Position numbers and translations under genes: made by a program | From: Methanomassiliicoccales archaeon | GTDB lineage: Archaea > Thermoplasmatota > Thermoplasmata > Methanomassiliicoccales > JAUVWO01 | Length of the DNA: 41,446 nucleotides | NCBI GenBank assembly: GCA_030604065.1 | Contig: JAUVWO010000001.1 | Location: forward strand, 1-41,446 | Direction of reading: 5' to 3' | Shown: positions 37,874-41,446 of the stretch, piece by piece | How positions within the stretch are numbered: position 1 is the stretch's first letter | Layout: each line of letters starts with the position of its first letter | The notes under the pieces: model-generated | Database searches by the model: none | What the model was told of the DNA's origin: nothing | What the model saw: only the letters and a program-made list of their open reading frames with translations

Positions 37874-38908
37874 ATGGACGATGCCGACCTGACAATCTCC
37901 GTGGTGATCCCCACCAAGGATCGAACAGTGGAGCTGATGGAAACGCTGGCATCCCTTATTGCTCAAAAACATCACCCGCTGGAGGTGATCCTGGTCGATG
38001 ACTCCGTGGCCAATGATGTATGTGCGGTATCCAAGGAGATGGAGCCGTCTTTCAGTGAAGCAGGGATCGAATTCATATTCATCACAGGAGCAGGAAAAAG
38101 CTTGACCCAAGCGAGGAATCAGGGATGGGTGGCGGCCCGGGGCGATATCGTGCTGTTCCTCGATGACGACGTGTCATTGGATCAAGGTTATATCGATGCC
38201 ATACTGGATGCCTTCAGGGACGATGCTGCCGTCCTCGGAGTGCAGGGTTTAATCGTTAATGCACCCTTTTCCAGAAAACAGAATCTCATAAGGAGAATCT
38301 TCGCCCAGTCTCATTATCGTACTGGAAGCTGCATCATGCTACCTTCTTTCAAACCTGTATACCCGCTCGACCCTGAAGGGCGCCTTCCTGCTCAGCATCT
38401 CTCTGGATGCAACCATGCCTATCGGCGACATGTTATGGACGAGGGAGGTTTCGACCAGAATCTGATAAGGTATGGTATGGGCGAGGACATGGACCTATCT
38501 TTCAGGGTATGGAGCCGTCACAAGGGCAGCCTGGTCCTGGAGCCAAAGGCCAGGGTCAGACATATGGTCTCACCATCGGCCAGGCTGCCGGGACCAGCAT
38601 ATGTTCTCATGAGGTCGGCATACCATCGCTATCTTCATGCGAAGAATTTGGGGAACGACGTCCAACATAGGTTGCAGCTTTGGCGATCCCTTTCATTCTA
38701 TCACCTTGAGGCCCTTGCTCGTCTGTGGTCGCAACGACGCGAACTCGATCCAGCCATCGACGCTCTGAGAACGCTCATGTGGGCCGAGGGTGTTTGCTGG
38801 AGATACAGAAGGGAATTGGCATCATGTGATGTCGAGGGCATAAACCGCATCATACTAGATGCCGCCGAGAACGGTATCGGTCGTGTTCAGTGCAGAAGCT
38901 CTAAGTAA
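37874..38908 (+). CDS. GT2-family glycosyltransferase
   Basis: SVVIPTKDR, ILVDDS, ARNQG, FLDDD (DxD), GEDMDLSFR. Confidence 0.92.
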   Translation: MDDADLTISVVIPTKDRTVELMETLASLIAQKHHPLEVILVDDSVANDVCAVSKEMEPSFSEAGIEFIFITGAGKSLTQARNQGWVAARGDIVLFLDDDVSLDQGYIDAILDAFRDDAAVLGVQGLIVNAPFSRKQNLIRRIFAQSHYRTGSCIMLPSFKPVYPLDPEGRLPAQHLSGCNHAYRRHVMDEGGFDQNLIRYGMGEDMDLSFRVWSRHKGSLVLEPKARVRHMVSPSARLPGPAYVLMRSAYHRYLHAKNLGNDVQHRLQLWRSLSFYHLEALARLWSQRRELDPAIDALRTLMWAEGVCWRYRRELASCDVEGINRIILDAAENGIGRVQCRSSK

Positions 38909-39975
38909 GCGCGTTCAACGGTGGCCATGTGCGTTTGCCAAGAGAACTCTCTTTCCACAATCTCTCTTGCGTTTATGGCCATGCTCTCTCCTCGCTCTGG
39001 ATGGTCGATAATGTCGATCACTGCCATCGCTACTGCTTTGGCGTCGACGCTGGGCACTATCAGTGCATCAACGCCGTTGCGGAGTGTGCTCGAGATGCCG
39101 CCTACATTTGTGGTCACCACTGGCACCCCTGAAGCCATGGCTTCCATGGTGCCGACCGGCACACCGGCGTCCGAAGTGGAGGTACTGACGTATACGGTCG
39201 CATCGGCCAGCAATGCGGGAATGTCTTCGTGGTCTACCCAACCATGGAGTGATATGCTGTTTGCGAGCCCCTCTCCTTCAATGATCGCTCTCGCTCGCTG
39301 GAAGCACTCGCCATCCCCGGCCATGATCGCCCTCGTTGAGGGTCTATCCCTCATAATCAGGGCCATAGCGTTGATGAACGTGATGGGGTCGTACACCCGG
39401 TCGAAGCCCCTGATATTAATGATGGTATGCATTCTGCCTCCCTGAGATCCGCGATTGTCCCCATGTGGACGGAACTTTTCGGTGTCTACACCGAACACCA
39501 CTCGTATCACTGGAGCATCAAAGGAAAACATCGATCGCATGGCATCCTCGACGTTGGCCCCCTGGCTGGTGATCAGGTCCGCTCGACGCAGCGCAAATGA
39601 CAGCATCCTCCTTTTCATCGCATTTCTGGAATCGATCAGCAGGTCAGACCCATACGCGGAAAGCACAAGGGGACGCATGCCGGAGAGTGATGCCAAGAAT
39701 CCATAATGGGTCACGTAATGCGCATGCACGATGTCTGGTTTCAACCCTCGAAGCGCCGTCCGGACACGTATGGGCGCTAACAGGTCCCGCGGCCCGCCTT
39801 TGGGCACTACTACCAATCTGCAGCCACGCTCCTCGAACCAGGATTCGGTCTTATCGTCAGGAACATCTCCCGGGCGGAGCAGAGTTATGAGGCTGATCCT
39901 GTGCTCTTTGGAGAAATGGGATATCCAACGGCGCATGTGCACGCTGTCCACGTCGCCCAGGTAGCAGATGTGCAT
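38887..39975 (-). CDS. GT4-family glycosyltransferase
   Basis: PDIVHAH, GSDL, GVDTEKF, EAMASGVPVV.T.VGG, FSW. Confidence 0.92.
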   Translation of the reverse strand: MHICYLGDVDSVHMRRWISHFSKEHRISLITLLRPGDVPDDKTESWFEERGCRLVVVPKGGPRDLLAPIRVRTALRGLKPDIVHAHYVTHYGFLASLSGMRPLVLSAYGSDLLIDSRNAMKRRMLSFALRRADLITSQGANVEDAMRSMFSFDAPVIRVVFGVDTEKFRPHGDNRGSQGGRMHTIINIRGFDRVYDPITFINAMALIMRDRPSTRAIMAGDGECFQRARAIIEGEGLANSISLHGWVDHEDIPALLADATVYVSTSTSDAGVPVGTMEAMASGVPVVTTNVGGISSTLRNGVDALIVPSVDAKAVAMAVIDIIDHPERGESMAINAREIVEREFSWQTHMATVERAYLELLH

Positions 39976-40415
39976 ATGAGCAATGAATCCTCCTGGTATC
40001 TATTATTGTTTGCCGTCCCTGACGATCGGCTCACCTATTCGCTGGTGGGTCGAACGGTTTGTATATGCGCAGCCACTTGATATTATTGGATGATGATTGG
40101 TAGGGGGTCGGGTGTGGAAGATGTCGTCCGGCCGCGGCCGCAATGTATTATCAACGTCATCAATAGTAACCCTGATCAAGTCTGCATCAGGGCTGTTGGC
40201 CCTCTGGAGGAGGGGGGGCAGAGAGAAGGGCCAAGAGCCGAATGCACTACTGGTCATGTGCAGGTGGCTAATGGTGAGAATGTCCATGCGGTGATGTGGG
40301 TCAGGGACTCCATGACCGATATGGTGATGTCCCCTATGCGCCCATCATGTGCATGCAGGCCCCTGCACGATGATCAAATCAGGGCAGATATCTCCTTGGG
40401 GGCTGAGTCGATCCT

Positions 40416-40661
40416 ATGGCTGATGATTTCGGGGTGAGGCGCCGGTCTAGGCATATCCTGATGATGATAGTGCTGTTCATGATGGTCATTATGTTGGTCA
40501 ACGGGGATATATTCCTTTATCTGCTTATTGTCCTAGCGATCGTTGGGACGATTACTCTGATATACTATATCCATGCCATGCGGACGCCATATGCTCGATT
40601 CTTCGGCGTGACTCTGAACGAGGGCGATATAGATGAACTGTTCAAAAGGGATCAAGACTAG
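40416..40661 (+). CDS. Small 2-TM hypothetical membrane protein
   Basis: Basic N-terminus, two hydrophobic helices, charged tail. Confidence 0.55.
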   Translation: MADDFGVRRRSRHILMMIVLFMMVIMLVNGDIFLYLLIVLAIVGTITLIYYIHAMRTPYARFFGVTLNEGDIDELFKRDQD

Positions 40662-40670
40662 CTTTTCAGG

Positions 40671-40930
40671 TTGTTCAAGGAGATGTGGCGCCCGTTTCCA
40701 GACAACATCGTCTCGAGACGAGGTCTTGCTGACCGCGCACCGGCGAGGTGCGTCTCCAGGCGGTCAAAGCGCATGGAGCCGCCTATCCACGGGGCCGGAA
40801 AAAACATCGTCTACGTCCATGAGACCGCTACATCGCGTATCGAAGCTCGTGAACTTCGTTACACACTAGCCGACAGGGTCGGAGACTCCATCTCAAGATG
40901 AACCATGCGGAAACGATGTTCGGACCACGG
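40671..40930 (+). mobile_element. Degenerate DDE transposase fragment (IS4/IS5-like, multiple frameshifts)
   Basis: Across frames it reads LFKEMW..PDNIV..R.LADRA (ADxAY-like catalytic D) ... HGAGKN ... KLVNFVTH*P ... LHLKMNHAETMFG (Y-x2-R-x3-E-like motif). Confidence 0.55.
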
Positions 40931-41034
40931 TCTGCTTCATAACGTCTGTAGCCCGAGTTTGACACTTAGCGAGAACTGAATACATTTGTTGATGTTTCCT
41001 CGCATTCGGCAAGTGTTTGGGAAAGGTAGAAGGG

Positions 41035-41083
41035 CGGTCTTTCGGTATGTCTTTCGCCAAACAGAAAACAGGTCGAAAGACCG
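41035..41083. repeat. Perfect 10-bp inverted repeat CGGTCTTTCG / CGAAAGACCG with 29-bp spacer
   Basis: Arms at 41035-41044 and 41074-41083; a partial third copy gtctttcg at 41049. Confidence 0.6.
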
Positions 41084-41239
41084 ATTCTCTCATTGTCTTG
41101 GATGTAGATAAGGGCGTCGTCCTCGGCCTGCTGGTTCGGGCAGGGGACATGGAATGACAAGGATTGGGGATGTAAGGCCGACCCAGACACGTCTGAGGGT
41201 CGGCGGGGTCGAGGGGAACGAGAACGTCACGATCCCAGC

Positions 41240-41446
41240 GTGGACTGGAGGCCGGCCAGATGCACCAACCCGGAAGCGATCAAGGGACGGGTGATGATAT
41301 CATTCCTTGCGCAGTTGGCCGTCTCGTTCATGCGCTTCCGCTGTCCGGAACTGAGGACGAGAAGCGCGGAATTGATGATATCCGACCTGGGCTCGTTCTC
41401 ACTTACGGCCATTTGCAGGAACGGTTCGATCGTCAAGCGGATATAC
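41240..41446 (+). mobile_element. C-terminal fragment of an IS1634-like (IS4 superfamily) transposase, running off the window end
   Basis: VDWRPARCTNPEAIKGRVMISFLAQLAVSFMRF...SFSLT...KRIY matches the RP.R....I.G...I.FLA pattern; the upstream frame is unrelated, so it is 5'-truncated. Confidence 0.65.

Noticed and set aside
40003..40437. ORFs 40003-40287 (-) and 40090-40437 (+)
   Set aside because: Mutually antisense, no motifs, atypical composition; neither can be supported as a gene
1..41446. tRNA, rRNA, SRP/RNase P RNA, CRISPR array, integrase
   Set aside because: By eye, no cloverleaf or T-loop context, signature motifs, regularly spaced repeats or recombinase ORF; tRNAscan and cmscan would be definitive

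Overview
This is an archaeal chromosomal window of roughly 60% GC (by eye). It is almost certainly from a Thermoplasmatota methanogen, probably Methanomassiliicoccales: it carries archaeal ribosomal and translation genes, a GINS subunit, pantoate kinase, CTP-dependent riboflavin kinase and a DUF2099/methanogenesis marker 8 gene. Most of it is housekeeping: ilvB-ilvN-ilvE; rubrerythrin; the rpl7ae-rps28e-rpl24e-ndk-aIF5B-rps6e-aIF2gamma-PIN superoperon; ribK/RbkR; purS-purL-purQ; MarC; trmI; proS; prs; a HerA-like ATPase with DUF357; DUF167-toprim-gcvPA-gcvPB-tmk-coaBC-pantoate kinase; and GINS. There are two surface-glycan loci. The first (3-8 kb) has a flippase, a broken GT4 and rfbC-D-A. The second (33-40 kb) has galU, rfbB, a flippase, GT2 and GT4. 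The last ~800 bp hold two degenerate transposase fragments and several hairpins. I found no tRNA, rRNA or CRISPR array, and no large multi-gene novel system that I can support. The best unannotated signals are small: a box C/D-type kink-turn abutting the rpl7ae Shine-Dalgarno, a TAC-N10-GTA palindrome upstream of ribK/RbkR, an AT-rich insert with a frameshifted 2-TM gene inside the translation superoperon, operator-like repeats at two divergent promoters, and a HerA-DUF357 pair with no NurA. Substitutions at normally invariant residues suggest a low-coverage assembly, so pseudogene calls need read-level checks. All family assignments come from motif recognition; no database searches were run.
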